From assembly GCA_965223505.1 (NCBI GenBank), contig CBDCWP010000039.1:1-64000 (forward strand): 64,000 nt of DNA, given 5' to 3'. Origin of the DNA: Planctomycetota bacterium. GTDB taxonomy: Bacteria; Planctomycetota; PLA2; JAEUHO01. The number at the start of each line of letters is the position of its first letter. The stretch's first letter is position 1. Positions 1 through 9,852 of this stretch are shown here, one piece after another. The notes under the pieces are model-generated. The model was given only the letters and a program-made list of their open reading frames with translations, searched no databases and had not been told where the DNA came from. The position numbers were made by a program, and so were the translations under genes.

Positions 1-135
1 ATGGCGATCGCCAAGAGCACGAGTGCCGCGCTTCGCAGCAGTCCGTGACGCCAGTCCCATCAAGCGCACCGGCAGCAACCAGATGATCGCCGCGGCGAGC
101 AGCAGGAACAGGAAACCGGGCTGGAGGAACACCAT
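1..135 (-). CDS. 5' part of a probable VWA-domain membrane protein (runs off window start; apparent frameshift near 56-58)
   Basis: ATG at 135 overlaps the TGA of the upstream gene. MVFLQPGFLFLLLAAAIIWLLP, then in a shifted frame DWRHGLLRSAALVLLAIA, is typical of N-termini of VWA proteins in MoxR operons. Confidence 0.5.
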   Translation of the reverse strand, partial: MVFLQPGFLFLLLAAAIIWLLPVRLMGLASRTAAKRGTRALGDRH

Positions 136-1780
136 CAGGGAACGCGCTCCCAGCGCACCAGCACCCACTCCGCTAGGAGAAGCAGAAACGCGCAGAGCAG
201 GAGCCACGTCGCAACGTCGCCGCCGATGCGGATGCCGTCGCTACCGGGCGTCGACAGATCGGCGGCGTCGGCCGCCGCAGTCGTCGTGAGCAGCGCCGCC
301 GCGACGCGCTCGCCCGACAGGTCCGCGTAGATGCCGGCGGCGGGCGGCGTGAACGGCGCACCGACCGGGTCGAGCGTCTCGCCGCCCACCGTCGTCCACG
401 CGCGGCTCGTACGCTCGAGCGGTTCTCCGCGGCGGCGAATCGCAACAGGTCATCGCCGCCCCCCAGCCATCGAAGCGCGGTCGAGACGAACAGCGGAAAG
501 ACGCGCGAGTGTCCGAGGCTGAATCGATTCGTGAGCAGGGAGGTCCACGCGCTGACGCGTCGCGGCGTACCGGTCTCGAAGCCCACCGTGACCTTGCGCG
601 CCACGTTGCCTTCCGGCTCGATCTCCTCGATCGCATGCAGTCCGACGTCGGCGAACGGGTCGGCGGCGCCGAAGGTCCATGCGTCTCGTACGACGATCGG
701 GTCCCGGGCGCCGTCCTCGACGAACACGAGCGTGGGGCCCGCGTCGGCCGTCTCTTCGGTTGCGATGCGTACGTCTTCATCGCGCTCGACGAGCGTGAGC
801 GCCGGATCCGACTCGATCACCGGCGCCATGATCGGCCGGAGGTAGCCGTCGACCCTGACGCGGATCACGGACCGCGCCGGCAACACGAGATCAGCTTCCG
901 CATGCGGGCCTTCGAGCGCGTCGAGCCGCACCGTCAGGACTTGGCCCGACGCGGGTACGTCGCGGAGATGGAACGCGCCCGGCACGCTCGCGTCGCTCTG
1001 GACCTCGCCGTTCCACGGCCGGTCGTCCAACGTGACCGAGAAGCCCGCGTTGTTCGTGTGGGCGAGGTAGACGTCCACGCGGTTCCATGCGCCCGACGCC
1101 GCGGGACTCACGCCCAGCGCGGTGATGCCGTTTTGCACCAACGCCGGGGCATCGCCCGATCGCTCGATCCGCACGTGGTCCGGCACACGCGACACGACGC
1201 CGCTTGACACGGGCGACGGACCGTAGATGCGAATCGTGGTCGGATGCGCGGGGTCGCTGTGGTTCGCGATGGAGCGAATCTGCTCGTCGACGGTCGACGG
1301 CGCGGCGTCGGGTCCAAGGCCCGCCCAGCGCTTGCGCAGCAGCAGCGGGTCTTCGCCCGGCGCCAGCAGGCAACGGGTGAACGCGCCGCAGAACAGGACG
1401 CGCGTCCCGTCACGGGGCAGGGACGCCAGATCGTCCTCGAGACGCCGCCGCGCGCCCGCGAACGCGTCGCCGGCAAGCGCATTGGCCGAGCCGTCGAGCA
1501 GCAACACATAGTGTCGATCGGCATCGTCTTCCGAGCGCGGCTGGGCGAACGCGAGCCAAAGCAGGGCGCAGATGGCCAGGAACAGCGCGTACGCCCACGG
1601 ATGTCGGAAGCGGCGAACGAGGACGCGCGCGCGCGACTCCTCGACCGCCTCTTTCCAGAACAGGGTGGTGACGACCGGCGTCGGACGATGCCGAACGCGC
1701 AGCCGCTGCAGCAAGTACAGACCGAACGCGATGGCGCCCAGGCCCAGCAACAGGACGGAGACCGGCATCGCGAAGCTCAT
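135..1780 (-). CDS. BatA-like N-terminal / VWA-domain membrane protein (apparent 1-nt frameshift near 428)
   Basis: N-terminus LYLLQRLRVRHRPTPVVTTLFW resembles BatA, with a degenerate VWA motif VLLLDGSA. ORF 173..1780 turns Arg-rich at its end, while ORF 135..389 supplies a normal C-terminal TM (WLLLCAFLLLLAEW). Confidence 0.7.
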
Positions 1781-2673
1781 GCGGTGTACGCCCCCGACTC
1801 GAAGAGATGCGCCAGCTGCGGAACGACGCGCTTCTCGACGTCGAGCTGAAGCAGTCCGGCGTCGCGCCGGCGCGCGAAGGTCGCGAGCTTGTTGCAGAAC
1901 TCGTCGTACACAGCCTGGTAGCGGGCGGTGACGGCCGGTGTGATCGACACCTCTTGCGCCTCACCCGTCTCGCAGTCGACCAGGCGCAGATCCCCGTTCA
2001 GCGCCGGGTTGCGGTCCGAGGGTCGTACGAGCTGTACGAGCAACAGCTTGTGACGCGTGAGCTTGAGCGCGTTCGTCACGGCGTCGATCCCGGCGGGATC
2101 GAAGAAGTCCGAGATCACCGCGACGAGGCCGGTGCGGAGCTTCATGTCGCCGAGACGCTTCAGCGACGCGACCAGGTCCGTGCTGCTGCCCGGCTCGATC
2201 GCCGCGAGGTGATCCGCGAACTGCAGGATGCGCCGCTTGCCTGCGCGCGGTCGCAGGTGCACGTCGAGCGTGCCGGAGAACGGAAACAGCCCGACCGTGT
2301 CGTGTTGGTTCAGGCTGATCGCAGCGAGCGCGAGCGCGCAGCGCAAGCCGGCCTTCGCGCGCGGCGGTTCTTCGAGGTACATGCTCTCCGAGACGTCGGG
2401 CAACAGGTACAGCGGCAGATCCTCGAGCTCTTCGAACAGCCGTAGGAACACGCGGCCGAGACGGCGGTAGATGTTCCAGTCGATGCTGCGCAGGTCGTCG
2501 CCGGCGGCGTACGGCCGGTAGTCACGAAACTCGATGCCGTGTCCCAGATCCTTGGAGCGCTGCTCGGCGAACCGTCCACCGGGCGGCACGCGGCCGGCGA
2601 TGACGCGCAACGTCTTCAGCGACTCGAGGAACTCGGCGTCGAAGAGCTCGGATGCCGGAATGCGGCCTGCCAT
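1777..2673 (-). CDS. DUF58 family protein (MoxR operon)
   Basis: GIEFRDYRPYAAGDDLRSIDWNIY motif, DVSESM and ISDF motifs; adjacent to MoxR. Confidence 0.92.
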   Translation of the reverse strand: MAGRIPASELFDAEFLESLKTLRVIAGRVPPGGRFAEQRSKDLGHGIEFRDYRPYAAGDDLRSIDWNIYRRLGRVFLRLFEELEDLPLYLLPDVSESMYLEEPPRAKAGLRCALALAAISLNQHDTVGLFPFSGTLDVHLRPRAGKRRILQFADHLAAIEPGSSTDLVASLKRLGDMKLRTGLVAVISDFFDPAGIDAVTNALKLTRHKLLLVQLVRPSDRNPALNGDLRLVDCETGEAQEVSITPAVTARYQAVYDEFCNKLATFARRRDAGLLQLDVEKRVVPQLAHLFESGAYTA

Positions 2674-2682
2674 CGATGAGCC

Positions 2683-3705
2683 TTATCCTTCCGCGGGCTT
2701 CTTCACGCTCGAAAGCACGGCGTCGATGATCGCGTCGGGCGTGACGCCGTCGGCCTGCCCCTGGAAGTTCACGATGATGCGGTGCCGCAGCACGTCGTGC
2801 GCCGCGCGGCCGATGTCGTCCGTGCTCACGGCGAACCGGTCGCTCAGGAGCGCGCGCACCTTGCCGGCGAGCAACAAGCCCTGCGCGCCGCGCGGGCTCG
2901 AGCCGAGCGCGACGTTCTCCTTCACGAGCTCGGGGGCGTACTCGCTGTCGGGCTGGGTCGCCATGATCAGCCGCACGGCGTAGGAGCGGACGTGATCCGG
3001 CACCGGGACCTGGCGCACGACCTTGCGCAGCCGCAGGATCTCCGGGCCTTTCGATACGGGCTTGATCTCGATGTCGTCCGCGCCGACCGTGCGGTCGAGG
3101 ATGTCGTGGTACTCGCTCTCCTTCGGGTAGCCGACCACCAGCTTGAAGAGGAACCGGTCGAGCTGCGCCTCCGGCAACGGGTACGTGCCTTCCTGCTCGA
3201 TCGGGTTCTGCGTGGCCATCACGCAGTAGGGCTCCTGGAGCTCGATCGTCTTGCGACCGACCGAGACCTGACCCTCCTGCATCGCTTCGAGCAGCGCGGA
3301 CTGCGTCTTCGGCGTCGCGCGGTTGATCTCGTCGGCGAGGATGATGTTCGCGACGATCGGGCCTTCCTGGAACTGCACCTCGTGTCCGCCGCCGTCCGTC
3401 TCGATGAGCACGGAGGTGCCGACGATGTCGGCCGGCATCATGTCGGGTGTGAACTGGATGCGCGAGAACTCCAGGTGCACCGCTTCACCGAGCGAGCGAA
3501 CGAGGAGCGTCTTGCCCAGGCCCGGCACGCCTTCGAGGAGCACGTGACCGCCGGCGAACATGGCGGTCAGCACGCCGTCGACCGCGTCGTCCTGGCCGAC
3601 CATGGCGTTGCACACCTGCTCCTTGATCTTCCGATAGGTGGCCTTGAACTTCTCCGCGTTCTTCTTCGCTGTCGCGGAGGGTTGGGCGCTCGTCTGCGCT
3701 GTCAT
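2683..3705 (-). CDS. moxR: MoxR family AAA+ ATPase
   Basis: Walker A GVPGLGKT, RIQFTPD, Walker B DEINRATPKTQSALLE, NPIEQEGTYPLPEAQLDRF. Confidence 0.95.
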   Translation of the reverse strand: MTAQTSAQPSATAKKNAEKFKATYRKIKEQVCNAMVGQDDAVDGVLTAMFAGGHVLLEGVPGLGKTLLVRSLGEAVHLEFSRIQFTPDMMPADIVGTSVLIETDGGGHEVQFQEGPIVANIILADEINRATPKTQSALLEAMQEGQVSVGRKTIELQEPYCVMATQNPIEQEGTYPLPEAQLDRFLFKLVVGYPKESEYHDILDRTVGADDIEIKPVSKGPEILRLRKVVRQVPVPDHVRSYAVRLIMATQPDSEYAPELVKENVALGSSPRGAQGLLLAGKVRALLSDRFAVSTDDIGRAAHDVLRHRIIVNFQGQADGVTPDAIIDAVLSSVKKPAEG

Positions 3706-5219
3706 GGTTGTTTGGTGTCCTTGGTTGCGTTGCGGGAACGGATCTTGAGGAAGTAGGCCCGGACGAGATCGCGCATCCAGGCGGAAAGACGGGGGCGCGC
3801 AACGGGTCCGATGGGATTCGTGCGCGGTGTACGGTCCTGCGCGTCGATGGCGTCGGCGTTCTCGCGGCGCGGCTCGACGCGTTCTTGCGTGGTTTTGGTC
3901 TTGCCCGGGTTGGGTTGCCCCTTGACCCGGTCCGGGATCGGCACGCCCAGCACCAGCGACGCCGTGCCGCGGGACTTCTTCTGCTCGGACGGCCCGCCGC
4001 GGCCGTTCGCATCCGGGTCGGGCTGGTTGCCGAACCCGATGCTCAGGTCGCGGCTGACGGGGGGCTTGCGGTCGCGCAACGACGGCTGCATCCCGCCGCG
4101 TGCCTCGGAGTCCTCGGACTCGTCCTCGACCTCCTCGTCGTCCTCGACCTCGTCGTCTTCGTCGGTCGTGACCTGGTCCTTGCTCGACCAGTCGGACGCG
4201 ACGGGGTTCTTGTTGGAACCGCGCGACGCGCCACGGCCCGTCGTCGAGCCGGATTCCTCGGTGACGAGCTTCTTCGGCGCTTCGGGCGCCGGCAGGTCCT
4301 TCTTCTTCGGCTCCTTGGGATCCTCCGCGGCGTCCTTCTTCTTCTTCGACTTGAGCGGCTGGCCCTGGTTGGTGGGGGCGCCCCGCGCGGATCCCGCGCC
4401 CTTGGAGGACTCCGCGTTCGACGAAAGGCCCGCGCCCGTTCGGCCTTCCGTCTTCTTGGCCTTCTCGGAGACGTCCGCCGCGCCCTCCTTGACCTCGCCG
4501 CCGTCCTGCGGCGCGTCGGTCACCGGCTCCGTGCGATCCGTCTGTTGCGTCGTCGTCCGCTCGATGGCGCTGTCGCTCTCTTCGGCGGCGGCGTCGGCAG
4601 GGACCGACGTCTTGGCGACGCGCGTCGTGCGCGGCGTCGGAACACCGGCGTGCGTGGGCTCGCCCAGCATCCAGACCAGCAGTCCCGTCAGGAACGCCGC
4701 GGTGCCGAGCCGCCAGGCGCGAGGCTCGTCGAACGTCAGGCGCTCGGGCCGCTTCAGCTCCAACGCGGCCGCCCGGTCTACGTGCGCTTCCGCGTCGTCG
4801 AGCGCCGCGTCGATGAACGGGTTGTCCTCGTCGCGGTCGAGAAACTCGTCGGCGGTGAGCATGCGGTCTTCGAGCGATCCTGCGCGGTCGAACGCGGCGA
4901 GCGCGGCGCTGCGCGAGACCGGGCGCGTGCGCGCGCTCAGGTACCGGCTGAGAAACATCGCACCCGGCACGACGAGCATCGCGATGAGGATGGCGTACCA
5001 GGGCAGGTCCCAGCGCGGTTCGCCGTGCACCCAGTGCAGAAGCTGGATGAAGAGGAACGCGACGGGTGCGACGAAGAGGTACGGGATCACCCGGTCGATG
5101 CCGCGTTCCGACGCGTCGTGGACCGCGACGTCCCGCAGATGGGCGGCGCCGCGCTCGGCGAGCCGGTCCAGGCGTGCGCGGAGCGCGGCACGGTCGTTCG
5201 ATGCCGAGGGCGTCGTCAC
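3702..5219 (-). CDS. Membrane protein with three TM segments and a long charged low-complexity C-terminus (MoxR operon-associated)
   Basis: GTG at 5219 overlaps the upstream stop (GTGA). Hydrophobic segments, an LEDRMLTADEF motif, an acidic/Gly-rich tail and a C-terminal RDLVRAYF. Confidence 0.7.
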   Translation of the reverse strand: MTTPSASNDRAALRARLDRLAERGAAHLRDVAVHDASERGIDRVIPYLFVAPVAFLFIQLLHWVHGEPRWDLPWYAILIAMLVVPGAMFLSRYLSARTRPVSRSAALAAFDRAGSLEDRMLTADEFLDRDEDNPFIDAALDDAEAHVDRAAALELKRPERLTFDEPRAWRLGTAAFLTGLLVWMLGEPTHAGVPTPRTTRVAKTSVPADAAAEESDSAIERTTTQQTDRTEPVTDAPQDGGEVKEGAADVSEKAKKTEGRTGAGLSSNAESSKGAGSARGAPTNQGQPLKSKKKKDAAEDPKEPKKKDLPAPEAPKKLVTEESGSTTGRGASRGSNKNPVASDWSSKDQVTTDEDDEVEDDEEVEDESEDSEARGGMQPSLRDRKPPVSRDLSIGFGNQPDPDANGRGGPSEQKKSRGTASLVLGVPIPDRVKGQPNPGKTKTTQERVEPRRENADAIDAQDRTPRTNPIGPVARPRLSAWMRDLVRAYFLKIRSRNATKDTKQP

Positions 5220-7549
5220 TTCCCTTGTTTCCCCTTCTTCGGGTCCTCGGTGACGACCTCGGGATCGACCTGGACGGCTTGCAGAACCTCGCCCATCCAG
5301 CTCTTGATGTACGCGACGATCGTCGTCTGGTGGGGATCGATCTCGATGGACATACGCTGCACGGCGCCCGCGCCCTGCTTCTCCAGATCCGTGAGGTACC
5401 GGTCGTTCTTCTTCGCGATCTCCTCCAGGGAGCGCGAGAAGTCGATCGTCATCTTCTCGTCCACGGGCTGGTAGTGGACGCCGTCGAGAGAGTCGGTCAG
5501 CGCGCCGCGGGCGAGCATCCGGTGGATGACGACCTTGCTCTTGCCCGGGAAGAGCACGCCGCGCTCCGCGAGGATGATGTGGACCGTGTGGCCCGTCCAC
5601 GCGTAGCCCCGCACCGTGACCGACCCGGAGATCTTGTCTCCCTCCACCTTCGCGTCGACGTCGAGGGTGTAGGCCGACTTCTTCGGCAGCTCGCTCAAGA
5701 TCATCCGGCGAACCACGTTGTAGAGCCGTTCCTTCTGGTGCGCGCGGGCGGCGCCCGGCCCCTGGATCGTGCCGTTGATGCAGTGCACGTACGGCCCCGG
5801 CGCATTGCGTTCGCGCGCCGTGTAGGTCGCCAGCTCGTTGACCAGCGGATCGATCTGCGGTGCCGGGAGGTGGTAGCAGAGCACCGCGACGTTCTCGCGC
5901 GGGAAGTGACTCAGGATGCCTTCGTTGCCGAGCGCCCCGCCGATCGCGAAGCGGAAGTGCGCGTTCGTGAAGAACTCGGCGAGGACGACGCGGTTCGAGC
6001 TGTTCTTCTCGGTCGGCTTGAACTTCGTCGCGGCGCCGAAGCTGAGCACCTTCCCGCCGATCATGCGCTCGACGAGGTCCACGGAAAACCGCTCCTCGCC
6101 GTGCAGGTGTTGCTGGAGGCGCTTGAGTCCCTCCAGCGCTTCCTGACCGCTCTCCGGAACGATGACGGCTTGCACGTATCGCGAATACGCGCGCTTGTAG
6201 CGATGCTGCGACTCGTAGTACTTACCCAGGTTCAGGTTGACCATGCCGTCTTCGTTCATGCCGAACGACGCCGACAACAGGTGACGGAACGCTTCCTTGC
6301 CGTTGCCCGCCTTCAGGAAGATCGCACCGAGTCCGGAGTGGATCTTGTGCACCGCGTCGGGGTATCGGTCGTCACGGCCGCTCTCGATCCCCAGCTTGCC
6401 TGCGATCGTGGCGAGGTCCGGTTGGCCGGCCTCGCGCAGCTTCTCCATCAGTTCGAGCATGGCGGTGGCGCGCAGGTCCTTCTCGTGGGTGTCGTTGACC
6501 CACTTGACCGCGCGTGTGAACGTCTCGGCGCCCGAGCCGTCGTCGAGCCGCAGGTCGATGAGCAGGTGCGCCGCCTCGCGGCTCAGCCGAACCTCCGGAT
6601 ACTTGGTCAGGAACACTTCGAGCGGTTCGGCGTCCTCCGTGGCGCGGGCCCGGAAGAAGGCGAGGTCGTCCTCCGGGAACTTCGCGGGCGACGTCTCGGT
6701 GAACCGGATCACGCGGTTGACTCGGTCGATCTCCACGCGGAAGTGCTTCAGCAAGTTGAGCCCGGTGACGCCCACGACGCCGTCCTTGTGCGCGTACGCC
6801 ATCTCCTCGGGCCGAAACGCCACGTACTGCGAGAGGTCGAAGTCGCCGAACGTCAGCTCGCCGATCTCGCCGGTGGGACGTCCGCGCTCGAGGCACATGT
6901 CCCGGTCGACGACCGTGTCGTACGTCGCCGTGCCCAGCGCCATCGCGCCCGGCTCGCCGTCCTCGTAGAGGACCGGAAGCCAGACGAGGTCGTTGGTGAG
7001 CGTGACGGGCAAGGTCGTGCTGCCCTCCACCTCTTCCATCGCGTCTTCGCTCTGCGCGGCGGGGGGCGAGAGCGTCATGAAGCCCGCCTTGAGGTCGAGC
7101 TCCATGTGGTAGCGCTTCAAGATCTCCATCCCGATGGTGCCGAAGAGCGTGGTCTCGCCAAGCGCCGGTGAGTGGAACTTGGTGAAGTCCTCGTAGACCT
7201 TCTCGGGTCCGTGCTCGCGGGCGGCGACCTTCACGTTCAGGTCGGGCAGGTGGATCGTGATCTCATTGGTGCTGCCGTCGCGGTTCTCGGCCCGAATGCC
7301 GCCGGCCGCCTGGTTGTGAAGCTGCAGGCCGCAGGGGTTCTCGTACTCGACGAACAGGTTGCCCGGGATGCGCCGGAAGCGCGTCGAGAGGTCGCACGAG
7401 ACGACGAGCTTGCCGGCGACGATCCGAACGGGAATGCGGGCGCCGCCTTCAGGCCCGCCGGACCCCGGCGCATCGGCTTCCGCGACCGGTCGGCCCAGGA
7501 GCGTGCAGGCCGCGATCAGCAGTCCGGCACACACGATTCGATGGGACAC
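5216..7549 (-). CDS. Secreted multidomain protein: two degenerate aspartyl-protease-like domains, TPR region, thioredoxin/Omp28-like domain
   Basis: GGAGG RBS before GTG 7549; signal peptide; GTIGMEILKRY and GVTGLNLLKHFRVEID retropepsin-like motifs; VVLAEFFT...YHLPAPQIDPL thioredoxin-like segment. Confidence 0.65.
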   Translation of the reverse strand: MSHRIVCAGLLIAACTLLGRPVAEADAPGSGGPEGGARIPVRIVAGKLVVSCDLSTRFRRIPGNLFVEYENPCGLQLHNQAAGGIRAENRDGSTNEITIHLPDLNVKVAAREHGPEKVYEDFTKFHSPALGETTLFGTIGMEILKRYHMELDLKAGFMTLSPPAAQSEDAMEEVEGSTTLPVTLTNDLVWLPVLYEDGEPGAMALGTATYDTVVDRDMCLERGRPTGEIGELTFGDFDLSQYVAFRPEEMAYAHKDGVVGVTGLNLLKHFRVEIDRVNRVIRFTETSPAKFPEDDLAFFRARATEDAEPLEVFLTKYPEVRLSREAAHLLIDLRLDDGSGAETFTRAVKWVNDTHEKDLRATAMLELMEKLREAGQPDLATIAGKLGIESGRDDRYPDAVHKIHSGLGAIFLKAGNGKEAFRHLLSASFGMNEDGMVNLNLGKYYESQHRYKRAYSRYVQAVIVPESGQEALEGLKRLQQHLHGEERFSVDLVERMIGGKVLSFGAATKFKPTEKNSSNRVVLAEFFTNAHFRFAIGGALGNEGILSHFPRENVAVLCYHLPAPQIDPLVNELATYTARERNAPGPYVHCINGTIQGPGAARAHQKERLYNVVRRMILSELPKKSAYTLDVDAKVEGDKISGSVTVRGYAWTGHTVHIILAERGVLFPGKSKVVIHRMLARGALTDSLDGVHYQPVDEKMTIDFSRSLEEIAKKNDRYLTDLEKQGAGAVQRMSIEIDPHQTTIVAYIKSWMGEVLQAVQVDPEVVTEDPKKGKQGK

Positions 7550-7681
7550 GCAGCCTCCTGACTCGCCCGGCTGCGGCGGGAAGCGCCGGACTGTAGACAG
7601 GATACGCAAATCAGGGACCTCGGCAGCCCCCGAACCGGATTCAGCCGAACAGATTCAGCCCACGTGCGCCGGCGTTTCGAG

Positions 7682-8830
7682 CTACTTCGTGAGCTCGCCG
7701 ATGACCTCGCCGAAGGCCCAGGTGTCGGCCTTCATGCTGACTTCGATTTCGGTGTTGTTGGGAACGCTCACGGCGATCGGGCCGAAGCCGTCGCCTCAGC
7801 AGCCGGTGAAGATCGCCTTGGCGATCTCCTCGCTGGTCCCCTTCTTGGCAATCGTGAACTCGGGCGACTTGCCGAACGGCGCCCAACCGAAGTACTCCTC
7901 GCCCGCCCTGCCGAAGTAGCGCAGCCGGCCGGGATCGATGCCGATCTCTCCGGCGCCGCGCTGGATCGCGAACTCCGCGCGCAGCGGCCCGCCCCATTCG
8001 ACGGCAACCGTCTTGCCCTTGCCGACCTCGAGCGGCTTCGAGCGCCCCTGGCGGAACCGGACGACGTTCTGTCCGAGGCCGAGCTTGCCGCCGTGGATGT
8101 CGTACGTCGCGACGGGCACTTCGAGTCCGTCCTTCGCGCGCGCCAGCTCGAACGAGTAGCGGCCGTCCGTGCTGCGAACGACGGCGCTCTGCAGCTTCGC
8201 CTCCGTCGCGTGCTTGCTGCGCAGGTCGAGCACGCCGGTCTCGCCCTTGTGCGGGTGCAGCGACATCGTCGTGCCGTTGGAGGCGACATCGACGTCGTAC
8301 AGCTTGCCTTCGACGTTGATCACGCTCGAAAGGAACGCGGCCGAACGGCCGTGACCGATGATCACTGCGTCTTCACCGACGTCGCCATAGCGGCCGTCGT
8401 TGTTCTGGTCGATGACGCGAATCGGCGTGCCGTCGACGTAGCCGACCATCGCGCCGCCGGCGGCGTAGCGCCAGCCTGCGCCATTGTTGACGAGTCGCGC
8501 GGCGTATCTGAAGTCGCCGTCCGAGAGCACCACGAATCCCGACTTGCCGCCGATGACCACGTCGAGCGCGCCGTCTGCGTCGCGGTCGATCTGGAGCGCG
8601 TCGCCCTGGAGCTTCGTGGCGAACGTCTTGCCGCGTCCCTTGCGGAAGTCGAGGGTGGCGCCGACGGCATCGAAGCGCTCGGCCGGCAGCTCGAACTTCC
8701 AGCTTCGATAGACCTTGTACGTAAGCTCGATCGTGTCGGGCGTCGCAGTGGTATCCGGTTCGGCATGGGTCGTCGGCGTTGCCGCGAGGCACAAAGCGAC
8801 GATCGAGAACGCGAGCATCCAGGTGCGCAT
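7682..8830 (-). CDS. Secreted protein, candidate selenoprotein (Cys-Sec-Gly; UGA at 7796-7798)
   Basis: Signal peptide MRTWMLAFSIVALCLA. The ORF track stops at FTGC-TGA, but the frame stays open for 37 more codons (34/37 ending in G/C) to TAG at 7682-7684. Confidence 0.7.
7772..7795 (-). promoter_or_regulatory. Hairpin immediately 3' of the in-frame UGA (possible SECIS)
   Basis: GGCGA-C-GGC-UUCG-GCC-(C)-G-(A)-UCGCC can fold. It sits closer to the UGA than a canonical bacterial SECIS. Confidence 0.35.
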
Positions 8831-8860
8831 GATTCACCCTCCGGCGGCGAATTCGACAGT

Positions 8861-9700
8861 CTACACCGGTGAGACCGACAGATCGCGGTCCATCGAGACC
8901 TTCGTGTAGGCGTAGTGGAAGCCCAGCCGTTCGGCGTTGCGGCGGGTGGGGCTGTCGGCATGGCAGTGCACGTAGGTGAAGTCGACGCCTTGGAACGCCG
9001 CGCACGCGAGGCGGGCGCGCATCAGCGCCGTCTGAACGCCGCGCCTTCGATGTTCGGGCAGTGTGCTGGCGAAGTAGAAGGCGCCCAGCCGTCGTTTCAC
9101 CGACACGACGCCGCCGCCGGCCGGCTCGCCGTCCAGGCTCGCGATGAAGCAGTGGGCCGTTGGTCCTCGCGCGTTCATGCGGCCCAGCTGGATGTCGGCT
9201 GCGGACGGCGAACCGTCGGCGTTGCCGCGTGTCACCAGGTCCGCGAACGCGTCGAGTGCTTCCTCGTCGTCTTTCGGGACCGACGTGACCGTCAGGCCCG
9301 GTGTCGCCCGGTCGTCGGGCGCCGGCTCGTGTGCCGGATCGAACACCCACGCCTGCACGACCTCGCCGGCCTCGTAGCCGCGGGCCGTCAACCGCGCTTC
9401 GAGCGTGTCGTGTTCCAGGCGGTAGACGTCGATGCGGCTCGGTGCGTTCATCGCACGACACGCGCGCTCGAGCTCGTCGATCAGCGCGTCGCCGACGTCA
9501 GCGAGATCGAGCCCGAGCCCGCGCGTGCCGCGCAAGTGATTGTCGCCGGGCGCGACGACCTGCAACGCGCCCGCGACGTCGCGCACTTGCAGCGGATACG
9601 CGGGGTCGTCGGCGAGCCAGCGGCGCGCGGCGCGCGCAATGCCCTCGGCCTTGCTGCCTTCGATGCGCCGCGCGATGTCGAGGAGGTCGGGAAGCGTCAC
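8861..9700 (-). CDS. GNAT family N-acetyltransferase
   Basis: Acetyl-CoA motif STLPEHRRRGVQTAL and NAERLGF. Confidence 0.85.
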   Translation of the reverse strand: MTLPDLLDIARRIEGSKAEGIARAARRWLADDPAYPLQVRDVAGALQVVAPGDNHLRGTRGLGLDLADVGDALIDELERACRAMNAPSRIDVYRLEHDTLEARLTARGYEAGEVVQAWVFDPAHEPAPDDRATPGLTVTSVPKDDEEALDAFADLVTRGNADGSPSAADIQLGRMNARGPTAHCFIASLDGEPAGGGVVSVKRRLGAFYFASTLPEHRRRGVQTALMRARLACAAFQGVDFTYVHCHADSPTRRNAERLGFHYAYTKVSMDRDLSVSPV

Positions 9701-9852
9701 TCAGTCATCGTCCAACGGTTGCGGCGTGTACACAAGCTCCGCGATGGGATGCGTTCCGTGCGCGCGGACACTCGTGCTCGTTCGACCGCAAACAGCGGCG
9801 CGCCGAACCGCGTATTGCAGGTCGGCCCGGGGAGGGCCCTTGGGAGGACGGC

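Noticed and set aside
3708..7171. Long antisense/alternate-frame ORFs (e.g. 3708..5474, 5066..7171; many others window-wide)
   Set aside because: Arg/Ala/Pro-rich shadows of real genes, caused by stop-codon scarcity at high GC; no motifs.
7638..7660. Direct repeat GATTCAGCC x2 as an operator
   Set aside because: Only two 9-mers with no other support.
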